In this document: piece after piece, positions 26,004 to 36,871 of the stretch
Numbering within the stretch: position 1 is the first letter of the stretch
How the letters are laid out: each line of letters starts with the position of its first letter
NCBI GenBank assembly: GCA_021372815.1
Contig: JAJFTS010000149.1
Location: 1 to 62,013 of the forward strand
DNA: 62,013 bases
Origin: Deltaproteobacteria bacterium
Lineage (GTDB): Bacteria; Desulfobacterota; Syntrophia; Syntrophales; Smithellaceae
Direction: 5' to 3'
Made by a program: the position numbers and the translations under genes
The notes under the pieces: model-generated
What the model was told of the DNA's origin: nothing
Databases searched by the model: none
What the model saw: the letters and a program-made list of their open reading frames with translations, nothing else

Positions 26004-27317
26004 TTGATAAAAAAATTTTTTTTACTTTCACTTGTGGTTTTATTCTTTTGCAGCAATAACGCCGCCGCGAAAGTCTATGTTGATATAGATTCTCCCGCCT
26101 TCAAACTGATTCCCGTCGCGATCTGCGATTTCAACAATCAATCCATAGACGCGACAAAAAAAGGCGATGCGGGAATTCAAGTTGCCGAAGGCGTCAAAAA
26201 AGATCTTTCCCTGACGGGTATCTTCAATCTTTTAAATAAAAAAAGTTTTTTAGAAGATAAAGATTCCGTCAGCGCCGTTACGGCGGAAAAAATTCGTTTT
26301 TCCGACTGGGCGGCAATAGGCGCCGATTATCTGCTGCGCGGCCAGGTGATTCAAAACGGCTCGGAAATCATCGCAGCCAGTTACTTTTTCGACGTGACCC
26401 GCGGCGAACTTATTTTTAATAAAAAATACCGCGCCCCGGCCGGGGAAATAAAAGACATTGCCCGGGCCATGGCTTCCGATATCATGATGGCGCTGATCAA
26501 TGATGAAGGCGATTTCAAAACCGAAATCGCCTTTGTATCCAAGAACCGCCTGAAATCGGACATCTATTCCGTAAGTTACGACGGTTCCGAGTTGAGAAAG
26601 CTCACCGGTCATCAGTCCATTCTAATGACGCCGCGCTGGTCGCCCGATGGAACCTTTCTGGCTTTCACCTCTTTTAAGCGCGGCCGTCCGGAAATTTATC
26701 TGCGGAATCTGAAAAACGGGGAAGAAAGAAGAATCGCTGCTTTTGAAGGGCTGAATTTGTGCGGAAACTTCTCTCCTGACGGAAAGAAATTATTACTGAC
26801 TCTGAGCAAAGACGGAAACGAAGAAATCTATGTCCTGGAAATCGACTCTTTGAAGCTCCGGCGTCTGACCAGCAATTATTCGATTGATGTTTCTCCTTCC
26901 TGGTCGCCCGATGGAAAGAAAATAGTGTTTGTCTCCAACCGTTCCGGCTCGCCGCAAATTTATATCATGGATGCCGACGGCAACAGCGCCAAAAGAATAA
27001 CCTATGAAGGAAATTACAATACTTCTCCTTCCTGGTCGCCTCGCGGCGATCGTATTGTCTACGAAGGGTTAAAAAACAATAAATATCAAATTTTTTCCAT
27101 TGACGAAGAAGGAAATAATCCCTTGCAATTGACTTCCGACGCCTCCGACAATGAATCGCCTTCGTGGTCGCCTTCCGGACGGCAAATTGTTTATGTTTCT
27201 CAAAAACACTCGAAAAGTAAAATTTTTATTATGAATTCGAATGGTACAAATCCGAGGTTGCTTTATGAACAAAACAATAAAATGGTCATGACGGTCTGGT
27301 CGCCTCGTTTTAAATAG
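26004..27317 (+). CDS. tolB: TolB
   Basis: Repeated WSPDG beta-propeller blades (RWSPDG, FSPDG, SWSPDG, SWSPRG, SWSPSG). TTG 26004 preferred (AGGTGG 7 nt upstream) over the tracked GTG 25971. Confidence 0.9.
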   Translation: MIKKFFLLSLVVLFFCSNNAAAKVYVDIDSPAFKLIPVAICDFNNQSIDATKKGDAGIQVAEGVKKDLSLTGIFNLLNKKSFLEDKDSVSAVTAEKIRFSDWAAIGADYLLRGQVIQNGSEIIAASYFFDVTRGELIFNKKYRAPAGEIKDIARAMASDIMMALINDEGDFKTEIAFVSKNRLKSDIYSVSYDGSELRKLTGHQSILMTPRWSPDGTFLAFTSFKRGRPEIYLRNLKNGEERRIAAFEGLNLCGNFSPDGKKLLLTLSKDGNEEIYVLEIDSLKLRRLTSNYSIDVSPSWSPDGKKIVFVSNRSGSPQIYIMDADGNSAKRITYEGNYNTSPSWSPRGDRIVYEGLKNNKYQIFSIDEEGNNPLQLTSDASDNESPSWSPSGRQIVYVSQKHSKSKIFIMNSNGTNPRLLYEQNNKMVMTVWSPRFK

Positions 27318-27511
27318 TCGAATTTAATTTAGGGTTGTTATTTTTTTCCCTTTGCCGTATAAGACGCATAATATATTTAAACAGAAAAACCCGGAAAAAG
27401 GGGTTTGTTTCTTAAAACCATTGTTTTCCGTTATAATTTTATCGTAGATAATGTTAGTCATTGCAGTTTTCCGATCAACTTAATTTAAAACCAAAAGAAA
27501 GGATCATTAAA

Positions 27512-28090
27512 ATGAAAAATTATATTACTTTGAAAGGGGTTTTTGTCGTCATGATCTTAAGCCTGCTGATTTTTACAGGCTGCGCCGAAAAAAAATCCAT
27601 CGTCACCGGCGACACTGCGCAAAAGCAGGAAACGGTAACCGCCCCGGCAGCCGGAGCCGCCGAACAAAAAGACCTTGCCAAATCCCAGGAATCTGCCGAT
27701 GCACAGGCAGCAGCCAAAGAACAATCGGTTGATCTGGAAAAGATGGCGAAAGCGGCATCGCCGGTCAGTGATATAAATTTTGATTTTGACAGCTTCAGCA
27801 TTCGTCCCGACGCCCGCGACATTCTCAAGGTCAATGCCAATTACTTTATGAAACACAGAGTTTCCTCTATCGTTATCGAAGGACACTGCGATGAAAGAGG
27901 AACCGCCGAATACAACATGGCTCTGGGCGAGAGAAGAGCGCGGGAAACAAAACAGTACCTGATCAATTTAGGCATTAAAGAATCTCTGATCAAAACCGTG
28001 AGTTTCGGCGAGGAACGTCCTCTGGATCCGGCCTCTGATGAAGAGGCCTGGGCAAAAAACAGACGGGCCCATTTTGTCGTCAATGAATAA
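27512..28090 (+). CDS. pal: Peptidoglycan-associated lipoprotein Pal (OmpA-like)
   Basis: Start re-picked at MKNYITL (RBS AAAGAAAGGA). Lipobox IFTGC. FDFDSFSIRPD...IEGHCDERGTAEYNMALGERRA. Confidence 0.92.
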   Translation: MKNYITLKGVFVVMILSLLIFTGCAEKKSIVTGDTAQKQETVTAPAAGAAEQKDLAKSQESADAQAAAKEQSVDLEKMAKAASPVSDINFDFDSFSIRPDARDILKVNANYFMKHRVSSIVIEGHCDERGTAEYNMALGERRARETKQYLINLGIKESLIKTVSFGEERPLDPASDEEAWAKNRRAHFVVNE

Positions 28091-28099
28091 TTCCATGAG

Positions 28100-28924
28100 G
28101 TGAGAATTTTGAAAAAATATTGTTATTTTATTCTTTTTGTTACGATAATTTTTCTGGTCGGGTGCGCAACCTCCAAGGATATAAAAGCACTGCGCTCGGA
28201 ATTAAACCAAAGAATGGATGAAAAGATATCCGTGTTGGATGCCGACCTGAACGACGTAAAGAAAAAGGCGGCGGCGCTGGAATCCATCCGCAGCGGACAG
28301 GCCAACACCGCGGCGGATATTTCCGACCTGAGAGAAAATCTCCAGCAATTGCGCGGACAGGTGGAATCTTTGAAGAAAGATTTGGCGGCCGGCTCCAAAA
28401 AAGACGATCAGCGCCTTGATAATATTCTTCTGAAAATCAATTTCATAGAAAATTTCCTGGAAATCGGCAACAAACACAGTTCGAGTGAAACGCCCGATAA
28501 AAACGGCAAATCAACGGGCGTTTCCTCAGCAAAAGATCCGGCGAAAAAACAAGATAAGGAAAAAGCCTATTCGGAAGCTTATCAATTATTCAAAGAAGGC
28601 AATTACGATAAAGCCCGGACGGAGTTTAAAAACTTCCTCGCAGCTTATCCCGACAGCGAGTATTCGGATAACGCCCAGTTCTGGGTTGGCGAATGTTATT
28701 TCTTTGAACAAAAATACGAAGAGGCCATCCTGGAGTACGAAAAGGTTACCAAAAATTATCCCAACGGCAACAAAGTTCCCTATGCCCTGCTCAAACAGGG
28801 GCTTTCCTTTCTGAAACTGGGAGATAAAACCAGCGCCAAATTACTCCTGCAGGAAGTGATCAAAAATTATCCGAACACCAGCCAGGCACGCATCGCCCGC
28901 TCCAACCTTCAAGAAATCAAATAG
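28100..28924 (+). CDS. cpoB: Tol-Pal system protein CpoB/YbgF (coiled coil plus TPR)
   Basis: C-terminal TPR YSEAYQLFKEGNYDKARTEFKNFLAAYPDSEYSDNAQFWVGECYF. An alternative TTG start at 28109 gives a lipobox LVGC. Confidence 0.82.
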   Translation: MRILKKYCYFILFVTIIFLVGCATSKDIKALRSELNQRMDEKISVLDADLNDVKKKAAALESIRSGQANTAADISDLRENLQQLRGQVESLKKDLAAGSKKDDQRLDNILLKINFIENFLEIGNKHSSSETPDKNGKSTGVSSAKDPAKKQDKEKAYSEAYQLFKEGNYDKARTEFKNFLAAYPDSEYSDNAQFWVGECYFFEQKYEEAILEYEKVTKNYPNGNKVPYALLKQGLSFLKLGDKTSAKLLLQEVIKNYPNTSQARIARSNLQEIK

Positions 28925-28927
28925 TCA

Positions 28928-29740
28928 TTATTCCAGGATTATTGTTTTGACATCGGCAGGCGCCGCCAGATCAAAAACAGATAAATCCGTCGCTTTTTCA
29001 ATGTTAACATCCGAATACCGGACCGTCAGAGAAGTAACCCCATCGGCCATCGTGATGGTAATTTTATCCGGAATAGCGCTGACGTCATCAGCATAAACAT
29101 ATTCTGCCGTGTAAAGCTCTTGTCCGGTTTTATCCCGACGCACCAGCTTGAGCAATTTATTGCTTTTCCCCAGCCAAACGGTTTGCGAAACCCCCGACGG
29201 AGCCGTCATTTCCAGGCGTGGAAGATTATCTTCCCGATATCCGCGATAAGATATATTTTCCTCTTTCAAAGAAGGGTATGCTCCCGTAAAAATCATTAAC
29301 ATCTCTTCAATATCCATGGGCCAGGGAAGAAACTTTTTCAGACGATAACTTGTCGGCCGCCCGCTGTAAAATTCTTTCTTCGAAGGAATGAAAATATTAA
29401 CCTTTTCGGGTGTGAACGTAAGAAAAAAATCGGGAGTTCCGATGACCGGCAGTAGTTCCAGCCGCAAATAGGAAGGCCTTTTGATAATCAGAGCCGCTTT
29501 TAACGGATAATATCCATCCTTTTTAATTAACTCCATTTGAGTGATGGCGCTGAAAATATGATTGTCATCGACAAATCCGATTAACGAAACGGGCATTTCC
29601 CCGACTGACAAATCAGGGGAAACAATAACTTGCCGGTTAAGATTGCAGGAAAACAACGGCAACAAGAACAAGAATATTGCGGCTAATGGAAAAGTTTTTT
29701 TAATGAAGAGATAAAAAAATCTCCGGAAGTGAAATGCCAT
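28928..29740 (-). CDS. LolB-like / DUF4292-type outer-membrane lipoprotein
   Basis: Lipobox LPLFSC. PSYLRLELLPVIGTPDFFLTFTPEKVNIFIPSKKEFYSG matches my memory of the LolA/LolB-fold DUF4292 family. Confidence 0.5.
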   Translation of the reverse strand: MAFHFRRFFYLFIKKTFPLAAIFLFLLPLFSCNLNRQVIVSPDLSVGEMPVSLIGFVDDNHIFSAITQMELIKKDGYYPLKAALIIKRPSYLRLELLPVIGTPDFFLTFTPEKVNIFIPSKKEFYSGRPTSYRLKKFLPWPMDIEEMLMIFTGAYPSLKEENISYRGYREDNLPRLEMTAPSGVSQTVWLGKSNKLLKLVRRDKTGQELYTAEYVYADDVSAIPDKITITMADGVTSLTVRYSDVNIEKATDLSVFDLAAPADVKTIILE

Positions 29741-29747
29741 GGGGTTT

Positions 29748-31493
29748 CTATTGCTTTGGCTTCAGTAAATCTTCAAGTTTTTTTTGTATAGAAACATTTT
29801 TAGAATCAATTTTCAGCGCGCGTTCGTACATTTCCCGGGCATCTTTAATTTTATTGAGTTTTACGTAAACGTCGCCCAGGTGTTCGATGATCTCAATCTC
29901 GTCCGGTAAAAGATCCAGGGCCTGTTTTAAATATTTTTCGGCATTGTTCAATTTATTTTTTTTGAAATTCACCCAGCCCAGGCTGTCCAGTAAATAACCG
30001 TTATCCGGTTTAATTTCCAGGGCCCTTTTGATCAATTTTTCCGCTTCATCAAGATTAATACCCCTGTCCGCATAACTGTAACCTATAAAATTAAGTGTTT
30101 CAGCGTTGTCCGGATCCATTGCTAAAATTTTTTCCATTGTCGTGATACTTTCTGAAAAACGATCCGTCTTTTCATAAAGAACACCCAGGGCATAATAAAG
30201 ATCTGTGTTTTTAGGAGCAATTTTGATCCCTTCCATTAACAGCTTTTCAGAAGCCGGATAGTCGCCGGCCTCCTCATAAAGAGCCGATAAAAAAAGATAA
30301 AGAGGTATCTGATCGTTGTTTTTTTCAATGGCCGCTTTTATTAAATTAACGGCCTGGCTGGTTTTTCCTTCCTTTTTTAAGAGCATACTGGCGTGAATTT
30401 GAGAACTGACATATAATTCGGAAGCAACCGAAATATTCTTATATTCTTCTATGGCCATTTCGTTTTCGCCCTTCTGCTCATAAGTTGTCGCCAGTAAATA
30501 ACGAACCTTGTCATCTGTAATATTTTGCTGGAGAATTGCAGAAAACTCTTTTATGGCTGAATCAAGTTTGCTTGTATCCAAATACAATAACCCCAGCGCC
30601 ACTCTTACATCGCGATTATCCGGATCAATTTTTAAGACTTCCTGAAATTCCTTTTCCGCTTCATCATATTTTTTCTTTTTTATGAAAAGTTCTCCTATTC
30701 TTATCCGCAAACTCAGCCGTGTGGGATTTGCAGCCAGATAATTGCTGTAGACTTCGATCGCCTTATCCAGTTTCTCCTGCTTTTCATAAAGCGCGGCCAA
30801 ATCAAACAACGCCATTTCAAAGGCAGGATTTAAAGACAAGACTTTTTTATACATCTTTTCCGCTTCATCATACTTTTCCGTCTTCTCGAACGTTTTCCCA
30901 TAATAATACATGCCAATAATATTGTCGGGATCTATTTTCAGCATTTTCTTGAATGTTTCTTCCGCCTTATCATATCTTTTTTCTTCAGCAAAAATTATCC
31001 CCAGATAAAGATGAGCAATAAGATTTTTGGGGTCGAGTTCAATGACTTTTTTATGTTCCCGGATCGCTTTCGCGTACTCGCGGATATTCAGATATAAACC
31101 GCCCATAATTAAATGCAATTCCACATTATCGGGATTTTTGGAGAGAGCTTCTTCTCCCTGAGAAATCGCTTCATTGAAATCGCCCTGTTCCGCGTAAAGA
31201 GCAATAAGTTCCGTCGCCAAGTAAGAAGATTCGGGATCCGCGGCTACCGCCTGCTTCAATTCATCGGTGGCTTCCTCCAGTTTTCCTTCCTGACGCAGAA
31301 TAACACTGAGGGAATAGTGGTAAGAGGCGCTTGTCGGTTGGCTTTCCGCAGGGGCAGGAACAATCTGAGCTTTCCGCAGACTGATGCAACCGCATATATT
31401 GACCAAAGCTAACATCAATACAAATATTAAAAGGATTCTGTTCTTTTTCATACCGACTCTTCGCTGGGTTATTAGCTTTTCCTTAATTATCAA
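29748..31493 (-). CDS. Tetratricopeptide-repeat lipoprotein
   Basis: More than 12 tandem TPR units (A..Y..AL..DP.N). The internal start MKKNRILLIFVLMLALVNICGC (31451) would give a lipobox. Confidence 0.85.
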   Translation of the reverse strand: MIIKEKLITQRRVGMKKNRILLIFVLMLALVNICGCISLRKAQIVPAPAESQPTSASYHYSLSVILRQEGKLEEATDELKQAVAADPESSYLATELIALYAEQGDFNEAISQGEEALSKNPDNVELHLIMGGLYLNIREYAKAIREHKKVIELDPKNLIAHLYLGIIFAEEKRYDKAEETFKKMLKIDPDNIIGMYYYGKTFEKTEKYDEAEKMYKKVLSLNPAFEMALFDLAALYEKQEKLDKAIEVYSNYLAANPTRLSLRIRIGELFIKKKKYDEAEKEFQEVLKIDPDNRDVRVALGLLYLDTSKLDSAIKEFSAILQQNITDDKVRYLLATTYEQKGENEMAIEEYKNISVASELYVSSQIHASMLLKKEGKTSQAVNLIKAAIEKNNDQIPLYLFLSALYEEAGDYPASEKLLMEGIKIAPKNTDLYYALGVLYEKTDRFSESITTMEKILAMDPDNAETLNFIGYSYADRGINLDEAEKLIKRALEIKPDNGYLLDSLGWVNFKKNKLNNAEKYLKQALDLLPDEIEIIEHLGDVYVKLNKIKDAREMYERALKIDSKNVSIQKKLEDLLKPKQ

Positions 31494-31506
31494 ACAATGA
31501 CTGCTT

Positions 31507-32382
31507 TCAGGAAATTTTTGTTTTTTTAATTATTTGAGATGCCGGAACAATCGACACCCCTTTTTCACGTAAAACTTCAGCCGCGGCTTTGAGCGCCCGA
31601 ACCGTTTCAGGATAAGGATGGCCTATTATTATTTTCGGAGAAACATCGTCGCTTTGAGCGACATTGATTAAATTATTATAAATTTCTTTGTAATTACGAT
31701 TATTATCAATGAATATTTTTCTTTCTCCAAATTTTATGCCGGTTTTTTGGGCAACGGATAAAGTTCCGGTATCCGCTGACGTTCGCGAATCCACAAAAAA
31801 CAGGCTCCTTTTTTTCAATTCTTTAAAAATCAGAGAAAGCTTTCGTTCATCCATCATGAATTTCGATCCCATGTGGTTATTCACTCCGGAAGCGTAAGGA
31901 ACAGCAGCAATATTTTTTTTGAGCTGCAAGATTACTTCCTCGTCGCTCATGTCCGTAAACAGCGCCCCTTCTCCCGGTTTTTCACGCGGATAAGAAACCG
32001 GCTCCATCGGCAGATGCAGAAGGGTTTCTCTTTTTGCCTTATGAAACATTTGCGCCGCCTCCAGGGAGTGGGCCTGAAAAGGCACGATGGCAAATGTCAG
32101 ATCGGCGTCAATTTTCAATAATTCTTTCGCCAGGTTTAAATCATAACCGATATCATCGATGATAATCGCAACTTCCCTCAAGGGAACTGATTTTGCGGGC
32201 AATGCTTTTGATTTATCGATTTTAGGCACAACGGCTTTTTTTACGATTGGCCTGGTTGCTTTCTTCGTCTCTTTTATTTCAGGTTTCTCTTCCTGAAATT
32301 GCAGCACATAAATAATGCCTGCAACCGAAACGATTATTAAAATTACAACTACCGCCGTAAAAAGTTTTTTCAATAAGTTCAT
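31507..32382 (-). CDS. Divergent polysaccharide deacetylase family protein (YibQ-like)
   Basis: VAIIIDDIGYDLNLAKELLKIDADLTFAIVPFQAHS...LLHLPMEP. Confidence 0.8.
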   Translation of the reverse strand: MNLLKKLFTAVVVILIIVSVAGIIYVLQFQEEKPEIKETKKATRPIVKKAVVPKIDKSKALPAKSVPLREVAIIIDDIGYDLNLAKELLKIDADLTFAIVPFQAHSLEAAQMFHKAKRETLLHLPMEPVSYPREKPGEGALFTDMSDEEVILQLKKNIAAVPYASGVNNHMGSKFMMDERKLSLIFKELKKRSLFFVDSRTSADTGTLSVAQKTGIKFGERKIFIDNNRNYKEIYNNLINVAQSDDVSPKIIIGHPYPETVRALKAAAEVLREKGVSIVPASQIIKKTKIS

Positions 32383-32413
32383 GACCGATGTGGTTGTTTG
32401 CCCGAACCCTGAT

Positions 32414-33745
32414 TTAATTTAAATTCTTTTTCATGATATTCCAGCTTTTCAGAATATCCACCGCTGCTTTCAGCTGATTGTCGTTCTCCACATCAAAAGC
32501 GCCTTTCAGATCTTTGCTCTGACTTTCATCAACTTTCGTGCCGTCTTCCTTTGCCGGTTTTATGTGTCCCGTAAGATCTTTTTCTCTGATCCTTTCTTCT
32601 TTTCCGACAGCGCCTTCCGCTTCTTCCGACGACCGGACAAAAGCAACCTTAATATCAGGCGTGATGCCTTCGGCCTGAATGGAACGACCTTTCGGCGTGT
32701 AATAACGCGCCGTCGTCAACTTGAGGGCGGAGCCTCCTTCGAGGGGAATAACCGTCTGAACGGATGCTTTACCGAAAGTCTGGGCGCCGACAATTAAGGC
32801 TCTGCCGTTGTCCTGCAAGGCACCGGCAACAATCTCCGCAGCACTGGCTGTTCCTTCGTTGACCAAAACGACAATGGGGCAGCTTATTTCATTATTGTCG
32901 TTGACGGCCACTGCTTTCGTATCCATGTTCCTTGCCCGTCCGCGGGTCGAAACGATCACGCCCGATTTCAGGAATATATCGGATACTTCGATGGCCTGCG
33001 TCAACAATCCTCCCGGATCACTGCGTAAATCCAGAACCAATCCCTTCATCGGATTATTTTTTTCATTTACTTCTTTCAAAGCTTTGCGTAAATCATCGGC
33101 CGTTCTCTCCTGAAAAGCCGCTACACGAATGTATCCGATATTATCTTCCAGTTTCTTAAACTTCACGCTTTTTACCTGAATCATGGCGCGTGTTAACGTA
33201 ATGTCTTTCGGCGCAGTCATTTTTTCCCGCATGATCGTAATCGTAACTTTGCTGTCTTTAGGACCGCGTAGTTTTTTGACGGCTTCCATGATCGTTATAT
33301 CTTTTGTGGTCTTGCCGTCGATTTTCAGAATCTGATCACCCGATTTCAGGCCGGCGTTGAACGCAGGAGTATCTTCCAGGGGAGAAACGATGGTTAAAAC
33401 ATCTTTAATAATCATAATTTCTATGCCGATGCCCCCGAACTGTCCCTGTGTTTCCACTTCCAGTTCTTTATATAAATCAGGAGTCATGAAAGAACTGTGG
33501 GGATCAAGCGTCCTGATCATTCCGTTAATCGCCCCTTGCATTAACTTTTCCGTATCTACTTCATCAACGTAATTTTTTCTGACGATTTCCAGAACTTCGT
33601 TGAATGTTTTAATATCTTTATAAAAACTTTTATCCTTTGCTGAAAGATTGTTATCGTTTTGCAGTCCCAAAAGGATGAATGACCCTAAACAAATAACGGC
33701 CAGCAAATAAAATTTCATTGATATTTTTTTCATTATATCCCTCAC
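32414..33745 (-). CDS. ctpA: Carboxy-terminal processing (S41) peptidase
   Basis: PDZ (GLKSGDQILKIDG) plus S41 core (LDLRSDPGGLL, NEGTASAAEIVAGALQD, GAQTFGKASVQ). Confidence 0.92.
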   Translation of the reverse strand: MRDIMKKISMKFYLLAVICLGSFILLGLQNDNNLSAKDKSFYKDIKTFNEVLEIVRKNYVDEVDTEKLMQGAINGMIRTLDPHSSFMTPDLYKELEVETQGQFGGIGIEIMIIKDVLTIVSPLEDTPAFNAGLKSGDQILKIDGKTTKDITIMEAVKKLRGPKDSKVTITIMREKMTAPKDITLTRAMIQVKSVKFKKLEDNIGYIRVAAFQERTADDLRKALKEVNEKNNPMKGLVLDLRSDPGGLLTQAIEVSDIFLKSGVIVSTRGRARNMDTKAVAVNDNNEISCPIVVLVNEGTASAAEIVAGALQDNGRALIVGAQTFGKASVQTVIPLEGGSALKLTTARYYTPKGRSIQAEGITPDIKVAFVRSSEEAEGAVGKEERIREKDLTGHIKPAKEDGTKVDESQSKDLKGAFDVENDNQLKAAVDILKSWNIMKKNLN

Positions 33746-33769
33746 AATATGGAATGTATGATTGTTATA

Positions 33770-33778
33770 CTTATACCA
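33770..33778 (-). promoter_or_regulatory. Extended -10 box TGGTATAAG upstream of ctpA
   Basis: Minus strand reads GTGGTATAAG, about 25 nt upstream of the ORF start. Confidence 0.35.
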
Positions 33779-33857
33779 CTTTCCCTGATATTTTCCATTT
33801 TTTTCGGAGATTATCGGAAAAATATAGAATGCTTGCTCATCAGGATGCCGAATGACT

Positions 33858-35339
33858 TCACTCGATCATCCAGCTGGTGCCGTGGGGGGAATCTTTAAGG
33901 ACAATATGAAGCACGGCCAGCTCTTTTCTTATGGCATCAGCCCTTGCCCAGTCCTTTTCTTTCCTGGCCGATTCTCTTTGCCTGACCAAGCTTTCAATTT
34001 CATCGATATTCAAGCCCCTTTTGCGCAACTCTGTTTCTTTATCGGAAGCAAAAAAATGATCGGCGTCGCTCTGTAAAACTCCCAGGACTGTGCCGAAATG
34101 ATCGAATACCTTCGTTGTTTCAGCCAATATTCTGGTTTTATCGGACGAAGCGATATTTTTCTCGTCAACTATGAAATTATTGGTCAGCCTGATCATATCA
34201 AAAACATGGCCTAAAGCCTGAGCGGTGTTAAAATCGTCATCCATGGCTTCATCGAATTTTTCGATCAGTTTTTCGAATCTGCCTAGATAGTTTTCTACTG
34301 TTTCCGGGTTTTTGGAAGAAGCAGAACTTGAATCAGACTCTAATTTGCCCTTCAGGTCTTTCATCAGCTTCAATGTGGTGTAACACCTGATTAAGGATGT
34401 GCGGGCTTCAGCCAGCGAATCATCCGAGTAATCAACGGGGCTGCGGTAATGGCTCTGCAGCATGAACAAACGCAGAACTTCCGGATGATAGTTTTTCAGG
34501 ATTTCTTTGACGGGAAAGATATTACCCAGAGATTTGGACATTTTTTCGGAATTGATTTTTACAAACCCATTGTGAATCCAGTAATGGGCCAGCGGTTTTC
34601 CCGAAGCCGCCCGTGACTGGGCAATTTCATTTTCGTGATGAGGAAAAATCAAATCCTCGCCGCCGCCGTGAATATCGAAGGTTTCTCCCAGATAACGCCG
34701 GCTCATGGCGGAACATTCAATATGCCAGCCGGGCCGGCCTTTTCCCCAGGGACTTTCCCAGAAGGGCTCGCCTTCCTTGCTGTTTTTCCAGAGCGCGAAA
34801 TCGAGAGGATTTTTTTTCTTGTCGTTAACGTCAACGCGCGCGCCGGCCATCATTTCTTCCAGATTTCGTCCGGATAAACTGCCGTATTGATTGTATTTAC
34901 CTATCTCAAAATACACGTCGCCGTCCACGCAATAAGCGTATCCCTTTTCCTCCAGGTTTTTGACCAGAGCAATCATTTCTGCCATATGTTCGGTCGCCCT
35001 GGGGGTCACCGAGGGAGTAATAACACCCAGCGCCGCCATATCTTCATCGTGCGCTTTTATGTAACGCTCCGATATTTCTTTAAAGCCGACGCCTTCCCTG
35101 TTGGCGCGGTCAATAATCTTGTCATCAATATCGGTGAAATTTTTAACATAAGTAACCGCATATCCCTTGGATCTCAGGTATCTCACGACCACATCAAAAA
35201 CAACCGCCGCGCGGGCATGTCCGATATGACAGACATCATAAGCGGTGATGCCGCAGACATAGATGCCGACAGCGCCTTTCTTAATGGGCTCAAAGATTTC
35301 TTTTTTTCTTGTCGCTGTATTGAATATTTTCTGAAACAT
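33858..35339 (-). CDS. cysS: Cysteine--tRNA ligase
   Basis: CGITAYDVCHIGHAR (HIGH) and KMSKSLGN (KMSKS). Confidence 0.96.
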   Translation of the reverse strand: MFQKIFNTATRKKEIFEPIKKGAVGIYVCGITAYDVCHIGHARAAVVFDVVVRYLRSKGYAVTYVKNFTDIDDKIIDRANREGVGFKEISERYIKAHDEDMAALGVITPSVTPRATEHMAEMIALVKNLEEKGYAYCVDGDVYFEIGKYNQYGSLSGRNLEEMMAGARVDVNDKKKNPLDFALWKNSKEGEPFWESPWGKGRPGWHIECSAMSRRYLGETFDIHGGGEDLIFPHHENEIAQSRAASGKPLAHYWIHNGFVKINSEKMSKSLGNIFPVKEILKNYHPEVLRLFMLQSHYRSPVDYSDDSLAEARTSLIRCYTTLKLMKDLKGKLESDSSSASSKNPETVENYLGRFEKLIEKFDEAMDDDFNTAQALGHVFDMIRLTNNFIVDEKNIASSDKTRILAETTKVFDHFGTVLGVLQSDADHFFASDKETELRKRGLNIDEIESLVRQRESARKEKDWARADAIRKELAVLHIVLKDSPHGTSWMIE

Positions 35340-35356
35340 ATCACCTTCTTAATTTA

Positions 35357-36394
35357 TCAAGGATAAAGCGGCGCGATGGATAAACCGGTGTCTTCCTCAA
35401 AGCCGCAGATAATGTTCATGTTTTGCACGGCCTGCCCCGCGGCACCCTTGATCAGATTATCAATAGCCGCCATGATAATGACCCGTTTGGTGCGCGGATC
35501 GACCGCCACGCCGATGTCGCAGTAATTGGAGCCGCAAACAGAAGAGATATTGGGATAAACGCCCTGAGGACAAATCCGGACAAATTTCTCCGCCGCGTAA
35601 AACGTGCTGTAAAGAGAGTGCAAATCCGCCAAAGAAACATCCTTCTTCAATTTCGCGTAAATCGTACTGAGAATTCCACGCTTCACCGGCAGCAAATGCG
35701 GCGTAAAGGAAATGGCAAATTTTTTGCCGGCCAGAGCGTTCAGTTCCTGCTCGATTTCCGGAAGATGCCTGTGTTTTCCGACTTTGTAGGCTTTAAAACC
35801 GCCTTCAACTTCACAAAACAGAGAACCGGTCAGCGGTTCCCGCCCCGCCCCGCTCACGCCGGAAGCCGAATCGGCAATGATAGTGGACACATCCAGCAGT
35901 TTCTTTTTCAACGCCGGAGCAAGCCCCAGGATGATGCTGGTCGGATAGCAACCGGGATTGGCTATGAATTTCGTTTTCTTGATTTTGGACCGGTATAGTT
36001 CCGGAATGCCATACACAGCTTCCTTGATAAACCTGGCGCTGCTATGTTTTTGATACCAGGTTTCGTATACTTTTAAATCACGCAGGCGGTAGTCGGCACT
36101 CAAATCAATGACCTTCTTTCCCGCCCTGATAAATTCCGGAACAATCTCCATGGAAACGCCATGAGGAAGCGCCAGAAAAACCACATCACAGAGATCGCAT
36201 ATCTGGGCCGGTGCCGCGTTCTGATATTTTAATGAAGTCAAACCATTCAGAGCCGGAAAAACGTCGGATACCGGTTGACCGGCAAACCGCCGGGATGTCA
36301 CCGCAACTAATTTCACTTCGGGATGTCCCGACAAAATTCTGGTCAATTCCTGACCCGTATATCCGCTGGCTCCAAAGATTGCTGCTTTAATCAT
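35357..36394 (-). CDS. argC: N-acetyl-gamma-glutamyl-phosphate reductase
   Basis: GASGYTGQEL NAD-binding motif. Active-site region NPGCYPTS. Confidence 0.95.
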   Translation of the reverse strand: MIKAAIFGASGYTGQELTRILSGHPEVKLVAVTSRRFAGQPVSDVFPALNGLTSLKYQNAAPAQICDLCDVVFLALPHGVSMEIVPEFIRAGKKVIDLSADYRLRDLKVYETWYQKHSSARFIKEAVYGIPELYRSKIKKTKFIANPGCYPTSIILGLAPALKKKLLDVSTIIADSASGVSGAGREPLTGSLFCEVEGGFKAYKVGKHRHLPEIEQELNALAGKKFAISFTPHLLPVKRGILSTIYAKLKKDVSLADLHSLYSTFYAAEKFVRICPQGVYPNISSVCGSNYCDIGVAVDPRTKRVIIMAAIDNLIKGAAGQAVQNMNIICGFEEDTGLSIAPLYP

Positions 36395-36441
36395 AAAAAT
36401 CTCCCAAAAAAAAGGGAGGCCAGAAGCCCCCCTGTCGGAAT

Positions 36442-36834
36442 TTAACGTTTGGAGAATTGGAATCTTTTCCTTGCTCCGGGCTGGCCGTATTTCTTTCGTT
36501 CTTTAACCCGGGCGTCCCTGGTTAAAAAACCGGCCTTTTTAAGTATGGAGCGCAATTCGGCATCATACTCCAGAAGCGCCTTGGAAATTCCGTGCTTTAC
36601 AGCTCCTGCCTGTCCCGCTACTCCGCCGCCGATTACATTGACATAAAAATCGAACTGATCTTTCTTACCTGTAATATCCAGAGGCTGCTTGATGAGCATT
36701 TTCAGACTGGGACGTGTGAAATATTCTTCGTAGCTTCTTTTATTGACTACAATATTACCATTACCCGCTTTCATATAAACACGGGCAATAGCGCTTTTTC
36801 TCTTGCCTGTTGCATAAAACCTTTGTTCCGCCAT
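36442..36834 (-). CDS. rpsI: 30S ribosomal protein S9
   Basis: 130 aa, with C-terminal [25 protein letters not shown]. Confidence 0.97.
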   Translation of the reverse strand: MAEQRFYATGKRKSAIARVYMKAGNGNIVVNKRSYEEYFTRPSLKMLIKQPLDITGKKDQFDFYVNVIGGGVAGQAGAVKHGISKALLEYDAELRSILKKAGFLTRDARVKERKKYGQPGARKRFQFSKR

Positions 36835-36871
36835 GATTTCTCCAATAATGATCTATGTTCTTTTTTTTAAA